In this document: positions 24,360-35,780 of the stretch, one piece after another
How the letters are laid out: each line of letters starts with the position of its first letter
Numbering within the stretch: the stretch's first letter is position 1
Source of the DNA: Nemertoderma westbladi
Lineage: Eukaryota > Animalia > Xenacoelomorpha
Direction of reading: 5' to 3'
Assembly: GCA_032718475.1 (NCBI GenBank)
Contig: JAUCBJ010007265.1
Span: forward strand, 5,518-69,517
DNA: 64,000 bases
The notes under the pieces: model-generated
Databases searched by the model: none
What the model saw: the letters and a program-made list of their open reading frames with translations, nothing else
Told to the model about the DNA's origin: nothing
Program-made: the position numbers and the translations under genes

Positions 24360-25290
24360 AACTAGTACTACGTACTTTCTTACTAACTTCTAACTCTCTC
24401 TAACTAACTAACGGTACTACGTACCCTCTAACTCTTATTCTCTCTAACTAACGGTACTATGTACCGTCTTACTACTCTAACTCCACTGACTAACGGTACT
24501 ATGTACCCTCTAACTCCACTAACTAACGGTACTACGTACCCTCTTACTAACTCCACTAACTAACTAACGGTACTACGTACCCTCTTACTAACCTCTAACT
24601 CCACTAACTAACTAACGGTACCACGTACCCTCTTACTAACCTCTAACTCCACTAACTAACTAACAGTACTACGTACCCTCTTACTAACCTCTAACTCCAC
24701 TAACTAACTAACGGTACTACGTACCCTCTTACTAACCTCTAACTCCACTAACTAACTAACGGTACTACATACCCTCTTACTAACCTCTAACTCCACTAAC
24801 TAACTAACGGTACTACGTACCCTCTAACTCTTATTCTCTCTAACTAACGGTACTACGTACCCTCTTACTACTCTAACTCCACTGACTAACGGTACTACGT
24901 ACCCTCTAACTCCACTAACTAACGGTACTACGTACCCTCTTACTAACCTCTAACTCCACTAACTAACTAACGGTACTACGTACCCTCTTACTAACCTCTA
25001 ACTCCACTAACTAACTAACGGTACCACAAACCCTCTTACTAACCTCTAACTCCACTAACTAACTAACGGTACTACGTACCCTCTTACTAACCTCTAACTC
25101 CACTAACTAACTAATGGTACTACGTACCCTCTTACTAACCTCTAACTCCACTAACTAACTAACGGTACTACATACCCTCTTACTAACCTCTAACTCAACT
25201 AACTAACTAACGGTACTACGTACCCTCTTACTAACCTCTAACTCAACTAACTAACTAACGGTACTACGTACCCTCTTACTACTCTTACTA
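24360..25290. repeat. Tandem array (major unit 48 bp, shorter variants) between pol and ORF3
   Basis: About 20 copies of CGGTACTACGTACC separated by (CTAA)n/CTCTTACTAAC; a ~396-bp higher-order repeat (24412 vs 24808). Confidence 0.95.
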
Positions 25291-25443
25291 TCTAACTTCT
25301 ATCTGCCTACTTACTGCGTACCTAGTTATTATTATTTATATTTATTTTTTATGTTATTTTTATGTGTGGGAAGGGCGTCTCGCCCTCAATCCCACCCCCC
25401 TCAGTCCAAAACTTGGACGACTAAACTCCTCTCTTACTCTACA

Positions 25444-27072
25444 CTAAGGTGCTCCCTCTAGAAGACAGCACTTCCCTACAGCCCTTCTGTAGGTTTTCCT
25501 GTCTTTCGCACCTATCTTGCCACCTATCCGCACTTCTACCGATTGGACTCTTCCGTCCTCATCGGAGTAAGTGCCTACAACTCTCGCCAACCGCCACTGG
25601 TTGTTGATGATGGTATCATCCGTGACGATCACTAGATCACCCTCTCTCAGCTCTCTGTTCGTCTTCCTCCACTTACTTCTTCTGTGAAGCGTGGGTAGAT
25701 ATTCCTCAACCCATCTCCTCCAATACTCTGCGCTTATCGCCTTAGCGATTTTCCAACTCTGGCGGGAGTGTATGTCATCTGGGTCTACACCCCGCATATC
25801 GATGGTCGCTGGCCTTTCCATTAGGAAATGGCTGGGCGTCAGCACGTCTAATGACTCAAGGTCATCATTCTCTGGATACAGCGGTCTGCTATTAATGATA
25901 CCCTCACGCTTCGCAAGTACTGTCCTTAGCACGTCCTCCGTAACCATATGGGTGTTCATCAACTTCGTCATCAGACGCTTCGAACTACCCACTAGTCTCT
26001 CGACGCATCCTAGGGTATGCGGTACATACGGCGTCCTCCTCTCCCACTTTACTTGTCGTCGCCTCATGGCTGCCCTGACTTCCTCTCCTTCCAGGATATC
26101 CAAGGCCTCTGCCATCTCGTTCTCCGCCCCCACAAAGTTGGTCCCGTTGTCGGAGTATATTACTGCGATCGCCCCACCTTTGCGGTCTCTAAACCTCTCT
26201 AAGGCATTAATGAATGCCGATGCGGTTGCATCTTGGGCGAGTTCTATCCCTACTGCCCGCGTGTTGTTACATACGAAGATAATACCATAGCGTTTCTCCG
26301 TGTGCCGCATCACCTTGATCTTTATCGGCCCGAACATGTCCACACCGCAATGTTTAAATGGCGGGTCGTGTTGTCTTACCCTACTCGCCGGTAGTGGTGC
26401 CATCTCCTGTATGGCTCGCTCCTTCTTCGCTCGTCGGCAGCTCTGACACTGCCCCACTACCGCCTTTACTTTCTTCCTCAACTATTTGACCCAAAAGGTC
26501 CTCCTTATCTCCGTGAGGGTTCGGTTGGTGCCCCCATGCAATATCGACTTGTGGGAGTCCCAAATAATCTGGTGGACTATCGGCGATCCTGTGGGGATGA
26601 TGATGGGCTTCGGTGGTACGATGATACTGTTGTTGTATCCCACCCTAGAGTTCATTACTAGGATCCCGTCGTCATTAAGTTGTGGTGACAGCGTGATCAG
26701 CTCGCTGTCCCGCCGGAGATGCTGTTGTTTACCGACGCGTTCCACCTCGTCGCCGTGGTTCTTCCTCTGCTCGTAGCAGATGACTGCTTTGGCCGCTCCT
26801 TCCAGATCTATTGTCATTTTAATCTTCACGCCTTTGCCAACTCCCCTGAGGAAATTCCCGAAGGCTCTCCAGTACGCCACTAATTTCTTGGTCTTGTACC
26901 AGCTAGAACTGTAGCTAAGGAGTTTATCCACCGGGTTATCGCACGGTTCTCCTGATTTTGGTTGCACGCCCCTAATCTCCCTCACCATCTGGGAGTATAT
27001 CTCCTCTCCCTCTGAATCTCCCTCTTCTCCTTCTGACACTACTTCTCCTGAGCCCGGGTCCACCTTTCTCAT
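25444..27072 (-). pseudogene. pol: BEL integrase (HHCC + DDE + C-terminal), one in-frame stop at 26482-26484
   Basis: SHKSILHGG...CQSC; GVDMFGP; SDNGTNF; VERLV; LTPSHFL; WRRWVEEYLPTL; WRLARV. Confidence 0.95.
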
Positions 27073-27456
27073 CGGCGGCCAGGCCTCCTTATCGCTCAGA
27101 AACTATGGCCCGTGTTGCCACAATACTTCCTTCTTCAAGAAAGTGTGGCGTACCACGCCCCTCGATAACAAGTCCGCTGGGTTCTCGTCCATTGGGCAGT
27201 AGTGCCACCTTTCCAGTTCTGTGGTCGCCCTTATTTCGTCCACTCTATTCACAACGAATATAGGGTATCTCGTCCTTTCGTTATGTAGCCAACCAAGCAC
27301 TACCATGGAATCCGTCCAGTAGTGTGTCTCCACTATGTTGGGAATAGCATCCATTAGGTAGGCTGTAGCCCTAACTCCTAGTCTCGCAGCTGTCAATTCT
27401 AGTTTGGGAACTGATGCTGAATCTGGTGGCATTGACTTCGCTTTGCTGAAGGCCAG
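27073..27456 (-). pseudogene. pol: BEL RNase H C-terminal part (frameshift ~27460, stop at 27103)
   Basis: SVPKLELTAA, WTDSMVVLGW, FVVNRV, WHYCP..ENPADLLSRG. Confidence 0.92.
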
Positions 27457-30400
27457 TCAGGGCTTGTGAGCCCCCTCTCGTTGTACTAAATAGAGTGCCG
27501 CTCCGTATGCCTCTAACGACGCATCGGAAAACATGTGTAGGTCCAGATTCGTCATGTCCCCATCCGGGAAATACACTCTTGGCATGCTGTATGTTCCCAT
27601 CTGCTCCAGGCTCTCTGTCCACTTATACCACTGCTTTCTGATCTCTTCCGGTATCTCTGCATCCCACTCGTCCTTTAGTTTGTATACTCTCTTGAGTATC
27701 TGTTTCCCCGTGACTAATAGTGGGGATGCTAGGCCTAGGGGATCGTATATCCTTGCTATGTACGACACATAGCCCCTCTTTGTGTGGATATCTGCGCCCT
27801 CCTGACTCAACTGGTACTTCAGTTCATCCGTCTCTCTGTTCCACACGATTCCCAGTGCCTTCTGTTGAGATTCTATCCTCTTGTTCGCCATGTCCTGCCC
27901 CTTGGCTGTTGTGGGATTATCCATGGTCGATCCTGGTCTCTCATCTTTTATCGCCTCGATAAATTCCTTCGAACTGGATTGGAATTTGGTTAGGTTGAAG
28001 CCGGATCCTTTAAGGATGTCGCGAACCTCGCGCCCTGTGTCCAGTAGCTCCTTAACCGTATTTCCAGACTCCATCCCGTCGTCTACGTAGAAGCCGCGTC
28101 GAATCATATCGACGGCTCTAGTACTGTATTTATCTTCCTTTCCCTTTACTGTGTCTCTTACGGCCATAGTCGTCGTGAATGAAGACGACTTGGCTCCCAT
28201 ATTCTGTACTATCATCTTGTACATCGGTATTGTCGACGGTTCCACGTCGCCGTTGTACCATAGGAAGCGTTGACTGTCGCTATCCTCTTCCGTCACACGG
28301 ACTTGGTTGAACATGCCTTCTATGTCACAGGTGAAGGCGTGTTTCCCATTCCTGAATCTGAGTAGGACCTCTATCCCTGAGTTGTATATGTTGGGACCCT
28401 CTAGCAGATAGTCGTTTAGGCATTTCCCGTCGGTCTTTGCCGATGCGTCCACTACCATCCGCAGTTTACCTTTCTTCGGATCTAAAGCCACGTGGAGTGG
28501 CAGGTAATATGTCCTGTCCGTGTTCGGTTCGTCGACCGGTAACTCCACGGCCCATCCCTTCTCGACGTACTTTCTGATTGTCTTATGAATGTACTCATTC
28601 TTTTCGGGGCTCCGTTTTAACGTCTGTTTCAACTTACGAAGCCTCGTGAGTACCATTCCTTTATTATCGGGCAGTGGTAGCTTTGGTAGCTTCCATACCA
28701 TTCCTATGGTATACCGCCCCTCGTCGCATCTCATAGACTCCTTTACGCTCTGCTGAGCCTGCTTGTCTTCCACCGAGGTCCCGACCCCGGTTTCCTTTAG
28801 TCCCTCAAAATCTTGCCTGAGCAGTCTCTTGAGCTGTTCCTCCGCTCTCTCATCCCCCATTTCTTGCATAGTTCCTGCGAACATGCATCCTGATGTCTCC
28901 GACATCCTAAATGGTATCTTACTCTTAATTGGGCCACTCAGCGTCCACCCGAACGGTGTCAATATCGCCACCGGGTCACACTGCCTGTCTTCGCCGAAGA
29001 CCGTTTGCATCCTTTCGTGGGCCGTCGGGCAGTCCATTCCTACTATGATGGATACCTTCCTAACGTCCACCTCTGGGATTGAGAAGTCGATATCATCCAG
29101 GAATTTATATTGTTCGACCTCGATGTTGGTTGGCCGCCTGGCATTGATATTTATTGACTCTATCACTTGGATGGGGTCGATGGTCGCCCCATAGTCGCAT
29201 CCCGGTGCCACCGCTGCAATCGCGCACCGTCCGGTCCTCATCTCCAGGACCTCATCTTTGCTAGAGATTGTTGTTACCGCCATTCTACTTGGCCTCGTTC
29301 TCAATCCTATCTCTTCGGCCACCCAATTTTCGATTAATGTGAAGGCAGCTCCACTATCGACCAGCATCAGTGTGGTCACTGATCGATTGCCTTCTCCAAT
29401 CACTCGCACTGGTACTACCCCAAGTAGCACCGTTCCTCTCTTCTTCGCCCCTACTGTGCTCGTTGCCATCGTTTGGCCTTTGCTTTGACCGAACTTGATT
29501 GGCGTCTCCTTGCATTGCCTAGCTCTATGTCCACTCATCACACATCGCGAGCAGATCTCATTTCTCGCCGCGTATTCTACCTGATCTTCCCTGGGTAGCG
29601 CTTGCCAGTACCTGCAGTTCATGGTTTGATGAAGCGCATTTGTATGTAGCTGGCATTTGCTCTTTGGGTCGTAGCCGTCCTTGTACAGTGCATTGCGTAT
29701 CGCAGTTGCATTTGTACCAAAGTCCCTACTATTCTTATTGTTTGGGTTCGGCCTACTGGGCGTACTGGGGTTATATTTATTTGTGTTGTTATTTTTCCCC
29801 TGTCCGCTCCATGATGTGGTCTTACCCCCGGCTACCTGTGGACTTGCAGTCCCCTGCGTCGCTGCGTATGGCAGTGATTGCCTGAGCTTTGGTAATGCGT
29901 TTGACGTGTTGTGTTCTGGTTTCGGTCTATGGTAATCGGTTCTTGGTCCCTTTCCCAGGCTGTCCTCACTATAGACTGGGTCGGTTATTAATTCGGCTTC
30001 GTAGTTTAAGAAGCTCGACATTTCTTCTAAACCCGGTTCCGCACCCTTCCTATCTCGAGTGGAGAAAGCGATTTTCCTCCACTTGTTGCGCAGCCACATC
30101 GGTAGTGCCTGCGCTATCGTGGTGATGTTGTTGGACGCGTTGAGTTCGTATGGCGCGTCTAGCGTCTTTAGCACGATTAGCGCCTTCTCGACTTTGTTCG
30201 CGAACGTCTTAATGCTAACGGGATTATCCTGTAGGCCACCCGATGTTATGCCCCTCAGGGTTTGCCGGATGATCTTGGCCGGGTGCCCGTATTCCCTGTC
30301 CAGTGCCCGCCATGCCGTCGTGAAGCCGCCCTCTATGCCCTGGTATTGCCTCACGATGTCGTATGCTGGGCCTCCTGTATATACTTGCAGATATTTTAGG

Positions 30401-31734
30401 CACTCCGCCTGCGTCAAGTTCTTTGTTAGTATTTCGTTACTATACATGCGCCGAAACTGCAGATATTCTTCCGGCCTACTCCCATCGAATTTAAACGGTT
30501 CCACGGGTGGTAACTCGATCCTAGTTTTTAACGCATCGATCAACGTGGCCATCCCCATCGCCTGCGCTTCCAATGGGTTCGATGGATGTTGTATAGTTTC
30601 TCCTGTTGGGTGTGGTCCGTCCGTCCTATTTTCTACCTTCCTCTGGCTTGGGTATATCATTGGGGGTAGCGGCCCCCTCCATATTTCTGTGTCGCATGAT
30701 CTATTTTCATCCAAGGGTCTCGTTGTTCTTGCTCCTATCGGGGTATATTGTTGATATTGTGATGGGGGAATGTCACCCTGCCCCCCCCCCCCCCCCCCCA
30801 CCGGTATGTTTGGTACTGGGGTTGATGTTAATATATTGGGGCCCATGCACCTATCCGCAATAATTCCCCCCTCCCCTGGGTATATGTTATGTCCTTGCAT
30901 GCTGTAGTCATACTGCTGTACTGGTACCGGTATAGGCCTATCAGCTTCTGGCCTACCTGCCGGTATGTACTCCGCGACTTCCGGGTTTAATCCCGTCGTC
31001 CGCGCTATCCTATCGCCTACATTATTCCTGCCAGCATGGCCTATGGTATGTGCAGTAAGGCCTACAGTATGTCCCACAGTCTGTATGTGTCGCTCGGGAT
31101 CGAAGTTTAATCTTCTCGAATAATCCTCCCCGCGGCTACCGTATTCTCGATCGGTAGCTATATCCCGCCGGGAAGTTTCTCTTCGACCCCCTCCACTGCT
31201 CTCGTCCTCGTGCCGGTACATCGCGTACCCCTCTATCGGCGCGCAGTGCGCCTCGTCAGGTCGCGCCTCTCCGGGACGACGGCAATCTCCCGAAGTTCGA
31301 CCCCACTGACTCTCCGTTCCCATCTCGACTATCGACGGCTCGCTATCCGTCCTCGCTCTCCTATCGTTCGCGGCGATACTTCTCCTACTATCTTCTCTTC
31401 TTCTCTTTTCAGTGCAGTGTTCCCGCTCGTGAGATCTCTCGTCGACCTCCCGGTTAAACTCCACTGTTCTTCTTCCCTCTTCTGATCGGGCTCGACGCTT
31501 CGTCTGCCCTCTCGCGACGTCAACCTGCCTCTCTCTGCTCGATCGCACGCCGCTGGGGATACTCGCAATCCCCCTATTACTCTCCGTCGCCGGGTGTTGC
31601 GGTTTACCTAGCTCGGCCCGCGCATTATCCGCCGACGCCTGTGGGACACTCTCTGCCCCCCCCCCTCTCGCTACTAATCTCTCATGGTGGGGCTCCTGTA
31701 GCCCCCCCCCCCCCCCCCCCCCCACTCGCCACAT
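27457..31734 (-). CDS. gag-pol: BEL/Pao Gag-protease-reverse transcriptase-RNase H (N-part) polyprotein
   Basis: Gag PFKFDG...YLQFRR; knuckle CSRCVMSGHRARQC; protease LVDSGA; RT YYLPLH, LRMVVDAS, CDIEGMF, FYVDD; YDPLGL; RNase H FSDAS. Confidence 0.96.
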   Translation of the reverse strand: MWRVGGGGGGGLQEPHHERLVARGGGAESVPQASADNARAELGKPQHPATESNRGIASIPSGVRSSRERQVDVARGQTKRRARSEEGRRTVEFNREVDERSHEREHCTEKRRREDSRRSIAANDRRARTDSEPSIVEMGTESQWGRTSGDCRRPGEARPDEAHCAPIEGYAMYRHEDESSGGGRRETSRRDIATDREYGSRGEDYSRRLNFDPERHIQTVGHTVGLTAHTIGHAGRNNVGDRIARTTGLNPEVAEYIPAGRPEADRPIPVPVQQYDYSMQGHNIYPGEGGIIADRCMGPNILTSTPVPNIPVGGGGGGQGDIPPSQYQQYTPIGARTTRPLDENRSCDTEIWRGPLPPMIYPSQRKVENRTDGPHPTGETIQHPSNPLEAQAMGMATLIDALKTRIELPPVEPFKFDGSRPEEYLQFRRMYSNEILTKNLTQAECLKYLQVYTGGPAYDIVRQYQGIEGGFTTAWRALDREYGHPAKIIRQTLRGITSGGLQDNPVSIKTFANKVEKALIVLKTLDAPYELNASNNITTIAQALPMWLRNKWRKIAFSTRDRKGAEPGLEEMSSFLNYEAELITDPVYSEDSLGKGPRTDYHRPKPEHNTSNALPKLRQSLPYAATQGTASPQVAGGKTTSWSGQGKNNNTNKYNPSTPSRPNPNNKNSRDFGTNATAIRNALYKDGYDPKSKCQLHTNALHQTMNCRYWQALPREDQVEYAARNEICSRCVMSGHRARQCKETPIKFGQSKGQTMATSTVGAKKRGTVLLGVVPVRVIGEGNRSVTTLMLVDSGAAFTLIENWVAEEIGLRTRPSRMAVTTISSKDEVLEMRTGRCAIAAVAPGCDYGATIDPIQVIESININARRPTNIEVEQYKFLDDIDFSIPEVDVRKVSIIVGMDCPTAHERMQTVFGEDRQCDPVAILTPFGWTLSGPIKSKIPFRMSETSGCMFAGTMQEMGDERAEEQLKRLLRQDFEGLKETGVGTSVEDKQAQQSVKESMRCDEGRYTIGMVWKLPKLPLPDNKGMVLTRLRKLKQTLKRSPEKNEYIHKTIRKYVEKGWAVELPVDEPNTDRTYYLPLHVALDPKKGKLRMVVDASAKTDGKCLNDYLLEGPNIYNSGIEVLLRFRNGKHAFTCDIEGMFNQVRVTEEDSDSQRFLWYNGDVEPSTIPMYKMIVQNMGAKSSSFTTTMAVRDTVKGKEDKYSTRAVDMIRRGFYVDDGMESGNTVKELLDTGREVRDILKGSGFNLTKFQSSSKEFIEAIKDERPGSTMDNPTTAKGQDMANKRIESQQKALGIVWNRETDELKYQLSQEGADIHTKRGYVSYIARIYDPLGLASPLLVTGKQILKRVYKLKDEWDAEIPEEIRKQWYKWTESLEQMGTYSMPRVYFPDGDMTNLDLHMFSDASLEAYGAALYLVQREGAHKP

Positions 31735-33110
31735 ATCACGCCGCTACCTCTTACTTCACTTCTACACCCCTCTCCAGTCGACACAATGTTTCTACTGCGG
31801 CTGGGTCTACTCACCCCCGCCTCTCTCTCTACAATTGCGTGGACTACCAGGCCTACCTCGGGTTGGCTCAACTCCGCTACCTCCTGCCTACCAACTACGT
31901 GGCCTACCAGGCCGCCGTCGGGTTGGCTTAACCCCGCCACTTCCTGCCTACTAACTACGTGGCCTACCAGGCCGCCGTCGGGTTGGCTTAACCCCGCCAC
32001 TTCCTGCCTACTAACTACGTGGCCTACCAGGCCCCCGTCTGGCAGGTTGTGTATGTCCGACATGTTCACATTAATAGCACCACTGTGATTGTCGCCAATT
32101 TGGCCCTCTAGTTCACCTAAATTATTTTGTGCACCAAAATTAGAAACATAATTATTTTGTTCGTTCGAGATAAGATTATTTGATTTATTTTGCGTGACTA
32201 CATTATTTGAGTTATTTTGCGTAATTACGTTATTTGTATTATTATTTTGTAAATTCGAATTCGTATTATTATTTAAATTATTTGGATTATTTGTATTTAA
32301 ATTTAAGTTACTACTACTAGGTAGAATATTTCCTGGAATAAAGTTTTGGTTAGAATTATCCAATACGGTACTATTAATATTAACGTCGTCTACTGTATTA
32401 TTATTATTACCCCCCCCCGACGAGACCGAATCTTCGGGGTTAACCTCGGATTCGCCCTCCTGCGGTCTCCTCCAACCCACTAATTTTACTCCCCGGGCAT
32501 CGACTAAGTATGGCCCTATGTACACTACACTAGGTTGCATACCCCTACACTCCCATAGATCACACAGTTCGCTGGCGACCTCTCTCGCTCTCCCCTCGGC
32601 TAGTTCTCTCTGTCCAAAGCGCATTAGGTAGTTAAAGTGTTCGTTCGACTCACCTAGTCACTTTTTCAACTTCACCTGATCTATCTTGGCCACTCCTTTG
32701 GTCTCTTTGAGCAGTTTCCGAGTCGCGTTGTAGGCCCATCGAAGTCGATCGCTGACCCCGACGTCCTCGTCGCCGACGTCTCCTCTATCTCTCCGGGTCC
32801 GGCGTCGTACTGGCGGCCCCACCGTCGCCATTCCGGTGGGCCGTTCGTCGCCCTCGGCCTGTGGCTGGCCGGCGACATCTGCACGTCGACCGCCGTCGTG
32901 TGTCGACTCGTCTCTCTCTCCTCCCGACTCGTCTCTCCTTTCTCTCGACTCGTCCTCTGGTTCCACACGGCCCCCCTCATCCTGAATTGCCGGATCGCCC
33001 GTTGTGGATGGCTCCGGTGTCGTGGGCCGGTACCGTCTTGTCGCGGCCTCGCGGATCGTTAGATCGCCGTCCGGGGTCCGCGGCGGTGTCGTCTCTCCTG
33101 TTCGACTCAT
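31674..33110 (-). pseudogene. N-terminal extension of Gag (one in-frame TGA at 32658-32660; frameshift in the poly-C tract at 31702-31723)
   Basis: ORFs 32658-33110 and 31674-32624 are in the same frame, 11 codons apart after one stop; Asn-rich tract and 3x60-bp repeat. Confidence 0.75.
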
Positions 33111-33254
33111 CTTGTACTTTAGATTGGTGGCTGGTAGTCAGTTTCGTGTAACTGTCGGTATCTATCGCTTAGGGCAGCAGTTGGTTTCAATTACTGTGAC
33201 GGGATCCACGGAGGATCCCGGTTTATCCGGTTTTCAATCTACGCGTCCCCGCCG

Positions 33255-33756
33255 TGTGTGAAAGGTAAAGAGAGTTATTGATCGCTGTATATAGTTCTCC
33301 GGGTATAATAGTATAAGATATGATATAATGTATACAGATGATAACACAAAGTATAAGATACAATATTGGATACACGGATGGTATACGAAGACGGTAATTG
33401 AAGTTCCGGTACTACCCTAGCTAAACTGACTTACTATAAGTGAATGAAATGATTACTGTACTGATAATATATATTGCACGTTTGGCCGTGTTACATTACT
33501 CAACCGATGCCTTCCCCCCATTGGCTAATAACCCTGTTGTCGCCCTTTGCCTCCCCTGGAGGGTTTCCCTTCGCCCCTGTTACCTCTCTCTCTCTCTCAG
33601 GGGTGTAACCCCTGACCCTTATTGTGTGTGTGTGTGTGCTTTCTCCTTCCCACTTTGTTGGGGTGACACGAGGTTGATTGCTCACCCTCGTGTTCCCCAA
33701 TATTGCTTAACGGCTCACTTTATGGGGTGGTTAGCGGAATTGGATAAGCTAACACA
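33255..33756 (-). repeat. Candidate 5' LTR (~502 bp)
   Basis: TGTGT...ACACA inverted termini just upstream of the gag leader; no second copy in the window to confirm. Confidence 0.5.
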
Positions 33757-34814
33757 GACTCTGATTGTGAAAAATAGAGAATAGGATGTTAATTGCTACC
33801 GTACCGCTAGCTGAGCTGGTATATATATTTAATTCTATAGATTTTGTTGCCACAGTGTTATGCAGCAATGCCTAGCAGTACGTGGCAAGGCTGCGGTAGA
33901 ATGTTAGTAAACGCCTTTAGCCTAAATGTTATGCCGGTAGCAGGAAAGCTGCCCTTTGCCTGAGTAAATACGTCAAACCCAGACAGATCAGTTGACAGAA
34001 CTGCCTACAGAGCTAACCGGTACAATAGCTAGTATGGTTAAGTCACCAAATTACAGAGTGTGCTATTTGCACTCAGTGTACCTGAGCGCACTAACTAGCA
34101 CCAGCTCACACCTGTAAATCGTGCAGGCCAACTGTGGGGTTTCTGTCTGGATCCAAGATATTTTGCTCCTAATTTTTATGGCGTCCCAGGACGTCCTTAC
34201 ATTTTACCCTGATCTATGGTCTTACAGCGGACAAAAGCGTTGAACGAAGTCTTACCTCTGGCATGGGCAGTCTCAGGCTGTCGAATCATGTTCAAATGTG
34301 CGAGGGCGATTTGTGTGGGTCCCTTATGCGTTCGCAAGCATTCCTCCCCCTTTACATTGCTGTCACCTAAGGATTTAGGCAGCCATTTGTCAAATGTTTG
34401 GCCGTCGTCAAGATAGATACGTCAAAACTACATACTAGAGTTTTTTTGTATATTTTAACGTAAATCAAGAATACAAAACTAACATTACTAAATAATAAGT
34501 TTCAAAGTTTAAACTAATGATAAGTAAGTTTACAACTAACAAGCAAATGAATTTAGTAAGAAGTTTACAATTAACAAGTGATAACTAAAGGACAAACTGC
34601 ACCTTTTATATTAATTTGGGGTGTGGAATCGCACTAGAATCTTCCATTCGTTCTACGACATTCTAGGAGTTCGCATTGGTCCAATAAATTATTTAGCATA
34701 TACTACTGGTCCAGCTAATCCGTTCTATTAGGTGTACACACGTTATTGGTTCAACTACTCTAATACAGATAGGCGGTTCGAAATTGAAATAAATTGTTAC
34801 AAAAATACAAATTT

Positions 34815-34885
34815 TACTGAGGGAGATTTGAATACGTAATCTAATATATGCACGACCTACAGACTAACCTACTGAGCTACTGAAC
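34815..34885 (-). other. tRNA-derived SINE-like head (degenerate)
   Basis: Minus strand reads TAGCTCAGTAGG (A-box-like) ... GTATTCAAATC (B-box-like). Confidence 0.4.
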
Positions 34886-35220
34886 CATCCGATGTATAAT
34901 CTCTTAAAATACGTTACATATCACAAATATATAGTTTTTTAAATATCTCAGAAATAAGGCAAATATATCTAAATTTTTTACGTAAAACAAATGTACAAAT
35001 TGCTATCTAAATGAAATAATTCCACAATTTCAATATACCGCACTGCCACAGCAATCTTCGCATTCGGAGTGGCGATTTTTCCTCATTGTGAAGATCATTG
35101 AATGTATATGTAGATACTTCAATGCAATCAACTGATGGGGGGGGGGACTTTCGCCGAAATCAAAATCCCTATCCAGGGGAAAATCAACACGAATAACAGC
35201 TCATTACTCTAAAAAATATA

Positions 35221-35540
35221 ATGTACTGTAAATGGTTTTGTTCAGAAGTGGAAAATCACCTGGCAGCAATACTCGAGCTGAATATTTATTTATTTGTACT
35301 TCCCTCCTGTTTCACTCTAGCATACTTGAGGCCGTTAGGTCCGCTGTTCGAGATAGGATATGCAACTTAAGACTGCCCATTCAATAGAAGTGGATTAGGT
35401 GGGAGTGTGAGTGTCAGGGGCTAGTGGCTGAGCTGGTTAGCGTTACTGATGAGGCCTGTTAGGCCGAAACGTACGTATAGCGCTGGTTCAACGCGCTTTC
35501 TCATTTTTTCCACTTCTGAACAAAACCATTTACAGTACAT
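35221..35540 (+). mobile_element. Penelope-like element remnant with inverted terminal segment
   Basis: ~35-bp inverted repeat (35221-35255 / 35506-35540) around a hammerhead ribozyme; degenerate ILEAV...NRSG resembles a GIY-YIG C-terminus. Confidence 0.55.
35437..35486 (+). ncRNA. Type I hammerhead ribozyme (minimal stem III)
   Basis: Stem I TTAGCGTTA/TAGCGCTGG; core CTGATGA (35446-35452); stem II GGCCT-GTT-AGGCC; GAAAC; palindromic ACGTACGT stem III; GTA cleavage triplet at 35475-35477. Confidence 0.88.
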
Positions 35541-35780
35541 CATTAATTACAGTTTGCAACAGCTCATCCCCAATTTATTTAAAAAATATAACTGTAACCC
35601 TAGTATTTTATTTAGTTTATTGTTTTGGTTGAATAAAATGCCACTGTAACACGCTCCCACTGTAATCTCTCGCAATCAACAACTCCAATCTAATGTGCTG
35701 ATGCAGCTTGAGATATAGCAGCTCTTCCTGAGATACATCACATGACTCGTAACTAACTCTACCTTATTGTAATAACTATT

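Larger units (their letters stand above)
22118..33756 (-). mobile_element. BEL/Pao LTR retrotransposon, near complete, 3' LTR missing, with extra 3' ORFs
   Basis: Domain order gag-PR-RT-RNaseH-IN with BEL-specific motifs; candidate 5' LTR 33255-33756; extra ORFs 22598-23893 and 22118-22577. Confidence 0.93.

Noticed and set aside
24360-25290. Interstitial telomeric repeat or CRISPR
   Set aside because: TTAG-rich but not TTAGG/TTAGGG; the spacers are themselves repeated.
25691-33261. Numerous plus-strand ORFs over the BEL element
   Set aside because: Antisense shadows of gag-pol with no motifs.
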